64,000 nt of DNA from Elsinoe ampelina. Its lineage: Eukaryota. The position numbers and the translations under genes were made by a program. A model generated the notes under the pieces. The model did not search any database. It was not told the DNA's origin and saw only the letters and a program-made list of their open reading frames with translations. This document shows positions 25,001-36,057 of the stretch, in pieces. Numbering within the stretch: position 1 is the first letter of the stretch; each line of letters begins with the position of its first letter. The stretch is from positions 927,868-991,867 of the forward strand of contig ML992507.1 of NCBI GenBank assembly GCA_010093995.1, given 5' to 3'.

Positions 25001-25335
25001 ATATCTCCGACCCGACAGGCAACAGTACTGCGGCAAATAAGAAGGTACCATTCGATACTGCCACACTCAAGAGGATTGTCCCATACGTTCAAGAGATGAG
25101 AGACAAGGTCAAAAGATCTATCAGAGATGCCGAAGACCTCTACAACAGTCCAAGACTCATGGAAGATGCAGTAGATCCTTCCTTCAGCCGCATGTTCCAC
25201 GATCCACCAGAATCCCCAACAATGCATCGCAGCAGGAAGAGATCCAACAATGAGCACATCTCTCCAGACAGCAACGCATCACGAAGCCCACATGATGAGC
25301 TATCTCGCCGCATGGAGCTCATGACCATGGGTTGA
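22006..25335 (+). CDS. Large Ser/Pro/Arg-rich, mostly disordered hypothetical protein (~1110 aa)
   Basis: 3.4-kb open frame, first ATG at 22006; motif-like islands IFDWSE, KFGTWGVGSKGVTEDWNEDFDF and KKVPFDTATLKRIV. Confidence 0.85.
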   Translation: MTTTATYTSPVETLGSPHSFTFSPPVPFVSSARQSLRPASRSSQHSPYYGDLGMDTARRPLKRDLQAREGAGMSMDSTKLGQEAEEAPAASQVTQASWLKRLSTFSSDQGSLPSSPRPPSTAVSQSNGSVAFSNAGSTTPMFPSFAPQPVPPNKLVKRSSSIRSTKASSRIPIPNFKRPATSHERDATLQELHRRPSTTASSVMRMESPQPEPTEVSWKSYFTPKVTIASLQTTSRRNSTSIPNPIKRITPDRKYHPVLISGHEIIKPASVDIEQNESQDSLPVFSKTRGSMRASKRFFSAPLPQRPSTASSNASFSPAHLRPDDARTASSAGDASKRSSQLSQGQSEPARSSPLLSVNRRSFSPAGLIPTELPKWKRPSKRNADPKSRRKGNRSASGPDAAMINAPPAAVETERPAKRRDISGLSRRSSVQSRDGPINSPKLPLHETQANRSASGQTKTLQAFANEDISYQRNSWAENSLPQQVYQASSPQQVYQVSSPAAGSTKSRPSRQSAAMSEFASTFAGSDSDARYPDDDGFESPNDTLFDSVRTRATSASSTGFKGPRIETIFDESRAIPEGSPSSTDHLFQQSKFSSGFDRPRHSVIEEEESVSTPVRSHHNGSIKQSPETFRLGSSPPHLLNSSPPEVPSIFRRHPSGEVGLGLEEDGMWDFGDDEGLPTWPLNGNQPTNGSAFSGPMLHPNLKTTGLQLASVNNFSEPLNDARSNIFDWSEQHLNEKSPAGRSPPRPRTVHGKKDAENRGSRSVGRRAPSALHIRSQSVPVAPEVDGKRSQVVTNKFGTWGVGSKGVTEDWNEDFDFEEEPVPPVPAVYEKEIKQREVSSSSGMHVPKAIQQQQQNVLANINLLRDWGLLIEELKELRGKAINLGLIDDFKDATWHEVDAMIDLADQESNDHTLAPRQSPPSSPTFDYSAFDEPAPSMPIRSSPRPPPKMHAEAIFESPTPSPVRKPLDQPDLPSPRRPRKDSEAVARSVIEALQQRRNISDPTGNSTAANKKVPFDTATLKRIVPYVQEMRDKVKRSIRDAEDLYNSPRLMEDAVDPSFSRMFHDPPESPTMHRSRKRSNNEHISPDSNASRSPHDELSRRMELMTMG

Positions 25336-26108
25336 GAACGAGCAACGCCGAAACGACCATGGCCGCATCGATACAGGCCATTATAATGTACTTTTACAAA
25401 AATGCCGAGCAACAAAAGAGCCGGCATACTTTGCGCTACACAGAGCAAGACGTCACATCGTCTCGCCGGAGGCAGATTGTCCAGGTTGAGCTTTCAAGGC
25501 TCGACCACGTCCCTTTTCTTCATACCGTTCGACCAAAAATTGCGATGCATCATAGCAGGCGAAGAGCATGAGCATTTGATGTTTTATTGACTTTACGTTT
25601 TTTGTTTCTGTTTTCAGCGGTCAGGTATGACGGACCTAGAGAGAAGGACTGGGTCATTAGTCGTGAAGACGACATGGACGTCAAGGATGCCACTGCCGCC
25701 GGTCAAAAGAGGGTTTAGAAGGAACCACGGTGGTTCAGGGCAGATTGATGACCAAGTAGAACTGATAGGCAAGGAGGAATGTAATCATAGCCGGCCTGAA
25801 GATTCGCGAGACTCTGGGCCGAAATTTAAACACAATGTGCCCTCTTGTGTGATTACAGTGATCTTTTGCTTGCCCTGTGCAAATTGACCAAAAGACGTTT
25901 TGAACCATGTCGTGAACTGCTGGTCCTCTCTCGCACCGTGAACATGAGGGGGAGACCAAGAGGAGCTTGAATCCCACGATGAAGCTTCCCGCGACGTCAT
26001 TTGTTGACCTTCTTCTTTGAGACTTCGACACCTATCCCACTTTTCGTTTCTCAATTGATCTTTTGTTTTTCACACAATTAGTCGTGCGATTGATTTCGAC
26101 CACCCAGC

Positions 26109-26961
26109 ATGTCCATCGCCAGCGTCAAAGGTCTCATAGACCTCTCCCAGCCCGCTCTATGGCGTCCGTCTGCCCTGCCCAACCCCAATCCCCAAAACTA
26201 AACCCTCCCAGTCTCAGCAGCTAGCATCGTCTTCAACCCAACCTTCTGGAAGTAAGTCCCCCCCCTATCCTCCCCCTCCTTCTCCCACTAACACGCCCAG
26301 CACCGCCGCCCGCTCAGGTAACCCTCTCCCCCCCCTTCCTTCCCTCCCTTTCCCCTTCCCACCCTAACCCTCCCTCCCTCCCGCAGAATACCGCCACAAA
26401 ACCATCACCCGCCTCGCCGGCGGCAACTCCCTGTACGGCTGCTACCTCCTGGCCATCACCATCTTCACCCTCGGCATCGTGCGCGACCTCATCTACGAAC
26501 GCGCGCTCCGCACCCAACCCACCTCCCCCTACCTCGTCGGGCCCCTCGCCAAAACCGTCGCGCTGGCCCTCCTCGCGGGGGGCAACACGCTAGTCCTCTC
26601 CTCCATGTGGGCGCTGGGCGTCACGGGGACGTATCTGGGTGACTATTTCGGGATCCTCATGGAGGAGATGGTGACTGGGTTTCCGTTCAGTGTGACGGGG
26701 AGTCCGATGTATTATGGCTCCACGATGAGTTTCCTGGGGACGGCGGTGTGGTTTGGGAAGCCGGCTGGGGTGGCGCTGACCGTGTTGGTTTGGGTCGTGT
26801 ATGAGGTTGCATTGAGGTTTGAGGACCCGTTTACCGGGATGATTTATGAGAGGAGGGAGAGGGAGAGGGGGGCTGGGGCCGTGCCGAAGGGGGGTAGGAT
26901 GGAGCCCAAGGGGGGAAAGACGGAGCCGAGGGGGGGAAAGGTCGGGCCGAAGGAGTTGTAG
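26109..26961 (+). CDS. OPI3: Phosphatidyl-N-methylethanolamine N-methyltransferase, 4 exons
   Basis: FNPTFWNTAARSEY (reconstructed across introns 26164-26211, 26252-26300, 26318-26386), LGVTGTYLGDYFGILM, PMYYGSTMSFLG and FEDPFTGMIY. Confidence 0.93.
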
Positions 26962-27810
26962 GGGAGGGTGGTGCAGGGGTGAAGGGGTGAGGAAGATGGG
27001 AATGATTTGAGGGTCGGTAAGCTGGGGGACGGTCGAGGCTGAGTGAGCTCAAAATGAGGAGGAGGGCAAGAGAAGAGAGTACGGAGAGCCAGACAGGTTT
27101 GGGCACACAAAAAGGGGACAGGCAGAAAAGGAAGACTGCATGGAGCAGACAAAATAGTGACTGTCAACTATGCGACTCGAGCGTTTATGTCCTTGTTGTA
27201 TATACAGAGATACCACCTCGTTTTGACATGAATGGCACAGATATAGATATTTATACATTCGCTCCAGCTCATAGAGATTCCGCTTGACACTAAAGACCTC
27301 TCGGCCATATTGAAGGTTGCCGACTCAGTAAGCTACCGCATTCATCTGTAGCTTCTGCTTGGCCCTATAGGCCACGTTGACGGCTCCGGTCTGGCTCCAT
27401 GGCAAGTAATGCAGCGCACGAGTGCATGCGTCTTCTTGCCTCCGAGACTATTGACGCCGCAGCACTATCCATCGAGACAGGTCCGGGACAGGCCCAGAAG
27501 GCATGCCTCGTGGAACGGCTCCAAGGAGACGGGAAAGCATCATGTTACTGTGGCTCATACGCACGAGCAGCAGCTATGCATGAGGGCTTGAGCGTTCATC
27601 CCAGCGGATTCTTCCCACCTTTTGGCCATGTCGTCCACTGGGCTACTGTTCTGGCTTCGCTCTTGCTCTGAGAGAGGTCTCTGCGTAATCCATGAAGCGG
27701 TCCGCCTGCAAGAACTTGCTGTCCGCAGTGTCCTGGCTATGGACGTTGTACCATGCGGGACGTTCAAATCTCGAACTCTGCACAGTTATTGGATCATGAG
27801 TCTTGCTCGA

Positions 27811-28299
27811 TCATCCCTGATCCCCAAGATCCCTTTCGTGCTGTTCCTCCTCGCGATCATTTTGCTCGTCGTGCTCTTTGGGCTCGTCTGATGATGACGC
27901 CGACTGTGATGGATCTTTTGAAATACCCACATAGATATTCAGTGTCTTTCCAAGCTCCTGTACCATCGCATCCACATCCCTCTTCACCTTCGGCCTTGTG
28001 ACCCGGACAGCTCGCCTCGTCATGCTGCCGGGCTTCCAATAAGCCTCTTGGCTCCAGTATTGAACGAGGTTGCGCAAAAGCCGATGCTCGTAGCCATTCT
28101 CTGCTGCTGCCCCGCGAAGTAATTCCAGAGTGCGGTCGAGCTTGACCTGGTCTAGGGATGCTTCCGTGGAGGAACGGAAGCTGTGTCGAAGCCGATAGAG
28201 GAGGACATAGCGAGCCGGTTTGGCGAAGCAGACTGCATGAAGGGAGAACCGCAGAAGATGACGGTAGGCGTGGATGACTTCTTGACTGGCGCCGGGCAT
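27811..28299 (-). CDS. DUF1763 / LYR-like small protein (IRC19-like)
   Basis: VIHAYRHLLR...AVCFAKPARY...LRHSFR and RTLELL...EHRLLRNL pattern; C-terminus uncertain. Confidence 0.7.
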   Translation of the reverse strand: MPGASQEVIHAYRHLLRFSLHAVCFAKPARYVLLYRLRHSFRSSTEASLDQVKLDRTLELLRGAAAENGYEHRLLRNLVQYWSQEAYWKPGSMTRRAVRVTRPKVKRDVDAMVQELGKTLNIYVGISKDPSQSASSSDEPKEHDEQNDREEEQHERDLGDQG

Positions 28300-28885
28300 G
28301 ATGTGTGGTGTCACATGGTTGGTGGTGCTTGCGCGCGGTAGAGACAGGAGCTCTGCATGTCGAAATGTACGGTTGTCCAAATGAGTCGTTGCATCACGCG
28401 CCTCGGCACTTGCCGAGTCATGACGGTCCAGCCAGTTTTTGCTTTGCCGCCACTGACAATTTCTACCTCCCTCCATCCACATCAACACCATCAAAAGATA
28501 TCGACATCTGCCCGACTACCAGTCTAGACGGTTGTCAATACCATCAGACGTGTGACTGGCAGTGTTGTATTCAAGAACTTGTCCCTGCGGTAGGTGGGCG
28601 ACCCGCGACGGGGCCCGAACGTGTTTTTCCCTTCGCAACCCCATCTTACGCCTGTCGTCACGGGGTTCAACTTGACCTGTCGCCAGTCTTTATTGCGTCA
28701 GCTAAAACGCTTGACAAACAGTGTCAAGACGAGGGGTCCGAAAATTCGAGGGACGACTTGTGCGAGTGGCGAACAAGGTTTGTCATCGAGCAAGTCGAAA
28801 TTGTCGCACGCATACCCAACTGCAGCGACTCTTGCCGTTCGTTATGACTGTGTCCTCTTAAGATCCTCTTTGTGAAGATATCAAG

Positions 28886-31466
28886 ATGGCGCGTATCCGG
28901 GCAGCATCGGCCGAGAACGTCGTCAGTGCAGTTGCGAGGCGGCATAAAGGGCAAGACAAGAACAGTCTTCATGACAACATCCGTAACAATACTGCGAGGA
29001 AGACAAAATCCAAGACCAAATATCCGGTAGGCGTGAGTCCTTCTCGCATCACTAACTATCGTTGACGACATGGTAGAAATCGAATCCAGAAAAGCCTCCA
29101 CCCGGATACTCCTTCCTAGTCGTCGGCTATCCCGATGTTGCGGAGAGGTGCAGAGTCATATCGTCGGAGAGAGGTGTCGACTTTCGACAAATATCAGCAG
29201 TAGGCCCCCTTTGTTCTCCCGCAAATACATGCAAGGCCCCAAGAGTCCTGCGCAACAAATGTACCACATCAGTAGCTAATCATCCGCAGAACCCGAAGGA
29301 TGTCGGTCAACGCGGCCGCCATTCAAACATTGCGAAACACCTACACCGCTTAGGTTACCATATTCGGACCGACATATTCGACGAAGCAGTTGAGGAGCTC
29401 GGTTATCGAATTGATGACGATGGCCGCAAGCTTGTCAAAGTCGAGGTCGCACAAGGCATGGAAGATTATGAGCGGATCGCCAAAAAATTTGGTGTCGACA
29501 TCAAAGAAGAAAACGCCCGGAAAGCCGCCAAAGAAGACGCGAGAAAAGTCCAAGCGACGATCAAAGAGTTGTTCCCATTCATTCCAGAAGATGAGGCTGA
29601 AGTCATCTTTAGTAGAGCTTGGCAAAAGGTAAGCGACCAGTGACAAGCTTACTCAATCAACATATACTGACTCGTTTATAGGGCAGCCAGAACGTCGGTC
29701 GAGCTAGGACTATGGACCTCGGCCGCAAAGTACAACTTGCTGTTGCCGCTCATATTCGCCACGAGCACACAGCTTACGACAGTCTGCTCAACGCAAGAGT
29801 ACCATGGTTGGAATGCAGAAAGGCTGTCGAAGCCGACTGTCTTCGCAAGATCATCGAGTGGAGAGGCGACGATCCGGAAGCTCTACTCGGTGAAGCGTAT
29901 CAAGGCGTTCTGGAGGATACGTTAATCATGACGGAGGACGAAACTCCCGCCGAGCGATCAGAGCCCGACCGCTATGCTGACAACGAAGACTCAACAGACG
30001 ACTCTATTATCATCGAAAACAATCCTGCTGCTGCTGTTGCTGAAATCGAGCAACCGCCAACTGCTTACGAAAGTGGTACTGACTTCTACCAGCCGCACAT
30101 AGTTCCAAGAAGATCCATGGACGAAGGCAAACGCAGAAGTGCATTCCTGGCAAAGTACCAGCAAGCTCGATCCCAAACACCGCAGTATCAGAAGCAGCCA
30201 AATGCATACAACGACCAGAACGATTACGCGCCATCACATCGACCCCATCCTCAGATTCAGAGTCCGGTGTACACAAGTAATTTCCTCCTAATCATTTTCG
30301 TTGCCTTTACTTACATTCCAGGTCACGCACGACAAACATATCATCAACACACAGCAACCAACCCGCCATACAGTCCGGCATACGCTCCTCCACAACCTGT
30401 TCCTGCTTATCATCAACCACACTACTCTCAGCCGACAATGGCTATGCCGCCACCGCCACCGTCGCATGACGTTGAAAGGCCAGAACCACCTCCCTCGTAT
30501 GCATCATCGTCGATCCCCTATCACCCGCCCGCTCCCCTACCGCTCCCGGTGCAAGATCTCCCTCCACAGCTCTTTTTTGACGAGAATAACAGACCGACGT
30601 TGTTGGAACCTGCAACACACGAGCTATTGCCTTTGTCGACGGAATCGGCGAAGATGTCACAGCGATCTAGATCAACAGTGCCAAGCTACTCTGCGCCAGC
30701 ACATATCCCGCAACCACCGAGCTACCAATCTGCTCTACCTATTGCGCAAAACGTGAGTCGAGCATGCCAGAATTTGCTTGACGCTCTGACTGACAATTGG
30801 AAACAGCACAACTACGACGACGATGATGACGCATATGAACCTCCTTCCGCTGCGAGATCGCAGCAGTACGAGTCCCACGGCAGGGCAGGTCTTTCCGAAG
30901 CCTCTCCGTACGCCCATAATCCGACGCTCGAGGATGATGGCTTCACCGTGATCAAGGCGACAAAGAAGCTTAGCCGTAAGGGCAGAGCCAGGCAGAAAGC
31001 GCTCGAGAAGCAAGCACGAATGCAGAGGAAAGCCGAGATCCTATACGAGGATGCTGAAGAGGATGAATATGACCCAGCACAAGCATTGGTGCGTGTGAGT
31101 GACCGCGCATCACTCCGCCCACTCCCATCAGTCGAGCACCACGCACAGCAACCGCAGTACTACGTCCCTCCTCCACCGCCACCAGCCCCACGTCAGCCGG
31201 TCCCGAGCACTCCTCTCTACGACAGGCCAACGCCGCTACCGCATCATGGGGCACCTGCTCTGATCCAGCCAAGCCAACGCGTGCAGTATCACCCTCCACC
31301 TCCGCCACTTGTACCGATGCTGCAATTTGCGCCAGCACCTCCGGTGTACCAGCATCCTGTGCAGCATTATCAGTATGCTCCACATCCGCCACCGCTGCCG
31401 CCGCCACCGCCGCAGTACTATCACCAGCCTGTGCCCGGCTACGATCATGCGTACTATCAGCGTTGA
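28886..31466 (+). CDS. DUF2293 domain protein with long Pro/Gln/Tyr-rich C-terminus, multi-exon
   Basis: PPPGYSF, IKELFPFIP and VQLAVAAHIRHEHTAYDSLL motifs in successive exons; internal exon structure approximate. Confidence 0.8.
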
Positions 31467-31540
31467 TCAGCACGTCTGATGTCCCGGCTGTACTAGTCCC
31501 TAGGGCCATCCACGGCACGACCAAGCGATGATGCAGCGTA

Positions 31541-31700
31541 GACGGCAAAAGGCGAGCCTGTACAAAAGGAAAGGCGGCAAAAGGCGAGCTTGTACAAAAG
31601 GGAATATGGCAGAAGGCGAGCTTGTACAAAAGGAAAGATGGTAAAAGGCGAGTTAGTACAAACGGAAAGACGGCAAAAGGCGAGCTTGTACAAAAGGAAA
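31541..31700. repeat. Minisatellite, 5 x 32 bp (consensus GACGGCAAAAGGCGAGCTTGTACAAAAGGAAA)
   Basis: Units start at 31541, 31573, 31605, 31637 and 31669; substitutions only, no spacers. Confidence 0.95.
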
Positions 31701-31857
31701 AAGCAATCAAACAAAAGTGCCATCACAGAGGAGCTGCCACGATAGACAGCTCCATTCCGTGGCCAAATGAGCAGCCACAGATCGGCTGCCGAAGTAAACA
31801 GCTTCAATAGTCGCCAAATCACCATTAAACCAACTTCTGTACAAATGCTCAAGTGAT

Positions 31858-33042
31858 CTACGCCTCCTTCCCCGCGACCCCGTTCTCCCTGCCCCACTTC
31901 CACACCCTCCCGTCCAAATCCGGCCCCATGAACAACCACACCACCGCCACAATCCACCCCAGCACCGTGTCCAGCACCACATTCCCCCTCTGACTGCCCC
32001 CCATCATCCCCACCCTCATCACATTCCCCAACCACTGCGTCGTCACCATAAACCCCCCTCTCTCCAACCCCCTCACCGCAGCAGCCGCCACCTCCTCGCC
32101 CGTCTGCTTCGGATCGCCCTCCTCGAGCAAATGCGTGACGGGATGCTTGACGCGGTTCTCCTGCTCGTACCCAGGACTCGTGATGGTGCCAGGGAAGACG
32201 ACGTGGATGTTGACGTCACGATCGGGGGCGCCTTGGGAATTCGGCCCGCGGCGCGCGGCGTTGTACAGCTGGACTTCGTTGCGGAGGACGTCGGCGAGGT
32301 TGCGGAGGGCGGCTTTGGCCGGGGAGTAAGGTGCGTAACCCGCCAGGCCGACGAAGGCGCCGACGGAGGAGGTGAAGATTATGTGCCTCGGGGGAGAGGT
32401 GAGGGTGGGGCGGGGGAGCGTGGGGCGCAGGAAGAGGTCCAGTGCGGCGTGGGCGAGGTACAGGTGGGAGAGGTAGTTGAGGTCGAGTTGGGAGCGGAGG
32501 GTGGAGATGGGGGTTTGGGTCAGGAGGGTGGGGTGGGCGCTGCCCGCGTTGGACCAGATGATGTCAGGTGGGAGGGAGTTGTTCCAGGTGGTGGTTTCGG
32601 AGAGGAGGAGGGGGGCGGTGGTGGGGTCGGAGACGTCGGCGGAGATGGAGTGGAAGCGTTGGGTGGGGGATTTGGCGTGGGACTGGGGAGGTATCAGAGG
32701 TGTAGCAAGGAGGGGAAGAGGGGGCGACTCACGGAGATCTCTTGGAGGGCGGAGGCGAGCTTATCCTTGTTGCGGGCGACGATGACTATGTTTGCCCCTT
32801 TTTGGGCGAGGATCTTGCCGAGACCAAGTCCCATACCTTGAGAGCCGCCTGTGAGTAGCACAGTCTGAAGTTATGTTAGCAGCTATCCTTTTGAAAGAGA
32901 GTGAACGACCTGCCTTGCCCTCGAGGGGAAACTGGTTCTTGCTTGGAAACACACCCATCACGTCGAGAGCTACGTAGAAGAAAACAGCTAGTAGAGCAGC
33001 CAGAGAAGTCAAGACATAAGCATTGACAGAGATCGGTATCAT
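31858..33042 (-). CDS. TSC10: 3-ketodihydrosphingosine reductase (SDR), 3 exons
   Basis: N-terminal TM anchor, TGGSQGMG, GYAPYSPAKAALRNLAD (YxxxK), FPGTITSPGYEQEN and a C-terminal membrane segment. Confidence 0.88.
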
Positions 33043-33260
33043 GTTATCACCTTAGAGGACTCACCATCCTCCGAATACAATTATGTATTGTCGCGAAATT
33101 AAATGTAAGACCGGACGCCTACTTCACGTGGATTTAGGCCGACCAAATTGATGCCAAGATTTCGATCAGCGTCCCGCGAGTCATGGTCTTCAAGAAATTT
33201 TGACCGCAAAACTGCGGAGCAGAAGTTACCTCCGAATCTCGACAAACACAGCCCACGACC

Positions 33261-35219
33261 ATGGCGAAAAAGCGAAAGGCGCCTGGCTCCTCCAAGCGCA
33301 AGGACTTCCCCGAGGAGAACTTCAACAAAAGAGTCAGACTCAACGTCGACTCGTACGAGGATGTGGCGGGGTCAGACGATGAGTTCCATATCGGCCGGGA
33401 CAAGGTCCTGCTAGACGAGGATCCCAGGCAGAAGAGGTCGCGGAAGGTAGCAGAAGAAGGTACCCGTCACTTCCCTGACAGATGAAATCAAGCACTCGAC
33501 TGACCTGCCGCAGAGGAATTCCTCGAAGATTCGGGTGAGGAAGTACTGGGCTACTCAGACGAGGACGAAGCGGACGATCTCGATGCAGAGGACTACGATG
33601 ATGCTCCGCTTACGAAAGGCGGTCCAAAGAGGAAGATTCGGTCTGACGACGAGGATGAGGACGTGGATGAGGAGGACGAGCTGAACGAGTGGGGTACTTC
33701 CAAGCAAGACTATTATGGAGCGGACGAGATGGAAACTGAGCAGGACGCACTGGATGAAGAAGCCGAAGCAAAGCGATTACAACAGAAGCAGCTTGAGAGT
33801 CTCACGGCCGCGGATTATGGATTTGACGAGGACGAGTGGACAGGCGAGACGCAGAAGGACAAGCAGAAGTCGCAGAAGAAGAGCAAGACGGTTACTGAAG
33901 TGCTGCCCCAGCTCAAGGTCTCCGAGGACATGGGACCAGCAGAGCGATTGAAGCTCTTGAAATCGAGATATCCGGAGTTTGAGCCACTAAGTAAGGAGTT
34001 TCTGGACCTGCAGGGCGAGCTGGACAGCATTCAGACATCAAGAAAGGAAAGCAGATCGCAGGACAAGCGTCGGCAGCAAAAGTACCACGATGGACCTGCG
34101 AGTCCTTTGGAGATCAAGGAGCGCGCTGCATCTGCCTACCTTGCGACCTTGGCCATGTATTTTGCGCTGCTCTCCAGCAGTACATCTGAGAACGGTACGA
34201 TAGCGACGTCAGCGACTGTACTTCGCGAGCACCCAGTCATGGAAAGTATTCTCTCAACGCGGTCGCTCTGGCAGAAGGTGAAGGACTTACCAGATGACGA
34301 GTCGGATTGGGAATCGGAAGCAGACGAGGCCACGAACGGTGCAGAGACAGAAGCTGTCGAGGTCAAGGCACCTCGCGATCGTAAGCGTAAGACCCGAGCG
34401 CAGCGCAATGCTCTGGCCGCGCAGCGGGCAGCCGAGGCCGTACACGCAGAACGTATGGCTGCTGCAGAGGCAGATCTCGCCGACCTTGACGACTTGCTCG
34501 TTCGAAAGCCACGTAAGACCACCAGAGCCATCAAGACAAACGGAGTCTTGAAGGACGACTCAGACATCGGAGAAACACAACTCACGGAAAAGGAGCTAGC
34601 AGACAAGGCAGCAAAGCGAAAGTCCCTCCGCTTCTACACCTCCCAAATCGCCCAAAAGAGCAACAAGCGCGGCGCAGCCGGCCGCTCCGCCGGCGGCGAC
34701 GACGACATTCCCTACCGCGAACGACTCCGCGACCGCCAAGCGCGCCTCATGGCCGAAGCCGCCAATAAAGCCCGCAAGCACAACCCCTCTGCCGACCTAG
34801 GCGGCGAAAGCGGTAGCGAAGACGAAGCGCAAGCCGCTGCCCTCCGCGCCTCGACCACTGACGACGACTACTACCAACTTATCAGCAACAAGAAATCCGC
34901 CGCCAAATCCGAGAAAGAGTCCCTGGCCGCGGCGAAGAAGGACGCCATCCTCAACGGCGGCAGAGTGGTGGAGCAAGAAGAAATCGGCCCCGACGGGAAA
35001 CGCAAGATCAGTTACGCGATTGAGAAGAACAAAGGATTGACGCCGCATCGGAAGAAGGATGTGCGGAATCCGCGGGTGAAGAAGAGGAAGAAGTATGATG
35101 AGAAGAAGAAGAAATTGGCGACCATGAGGCCGGTGTATAAGGGCGGGGAAGGGAGGGGGGGATATGGTGGGGAGTTGAGCGGGATCAAGAGTAATCTTGT
35201 GAAGAGTAGGAAGTTGTAG
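33261..35219 (+). CDS. SAS10: U3 snoRNP / SSU processome subunit Sas10/Utp3, 2 exons
   Basis: WGTSKQDYYG, KSLRFYTSQI and the C-terminal Sas10 domain NKGLTPHRKKDVRNPRVKKRKKY...GYGGELSGIK; intron ~33460-33513. Confidence 0.93.
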
Positions 35220-36057
35220 ACCTGCCTTGCTTCTGGATTGGGGAGATGTGGATGCAGATGCTGCAGCATCCGAATTGAGACGTGGTCCCTGCCTCTCGTC
35301 TTCCACCTTTTCCCCGTTCGCGATGTCGTGCATACGTGGGCAGCCGACGGGACGCATGACACTCCCGCTTGTGTTTTGCTTACCGGGTGTACCGGCGCAT
35401 CCAGGTCCATCAAGGTCTGAGATGCAGCACGTGAGGTGCGCCAGCCTCATTTCCCTTTGTTGCTTGCGTAGGAGCGACGTTGGCCCTGCTCTGCCCTGCG
35501 CTGCCTTTCTTGTCTTGGTTGGCGTGGGGGTGGCATGGGGCCTATCCGTGGTCCGGTTCAGGGTCTATCAGGTGCAACGGGTCTGAAACCTGGGGATTGG
35601 GAACCAATGGGACGTGGGCAGCCCAGGGTACAGCGGTGGGTAATTGTACGACTGGAACGTGCATGAGGGGGGTTTATTGATGCAGGCAGTGTGATGGGGA
35701 AGGTTTGTGATGCTGTGTGTAGTCATGGTGGAGTTTACGAGGTGGGAACGAGAGTGGGCGGGCTTTTCGGGAGGTGGAATGATGGGCTGTGGCTTTCGGC
35801 AGGGGTCTTGTTTGCCCAGGAAATGGTCACGAGCTACTGTACCCGATAGGGCCGTGGAAATAAAGGTACGCTCGTACGTTGGATTGAGGCAACTGTGATT
35901 CCTGCGGTACTGGCCTTGTCTCTGAGAACGAGAGCTTGTTCGGTCGTGAACATCCCACGCAAGCGGATAGAAGTACGGAGTGTTCTCCTCATCCCCTCAT
36001 CTTTCTCTGTCCTTGGTGAATCTCATTCTGCTGCTTCTTGGGTAAGGAAGTGCTGTC

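Noticed and set aside
27796..27891. 31-aa hydrophobic small ORF on +
   Set aside because: It is antisense to the purine-rich acidic tail of the DUF1763-like ORF, which explains the hydrophobicity; no independent support.
31541..31700. Possible CRISPR array (32-bp period)
   Set aside because: Units are contiguous with no unique spacers, there are no cas genes, and the context is eukaryotic.
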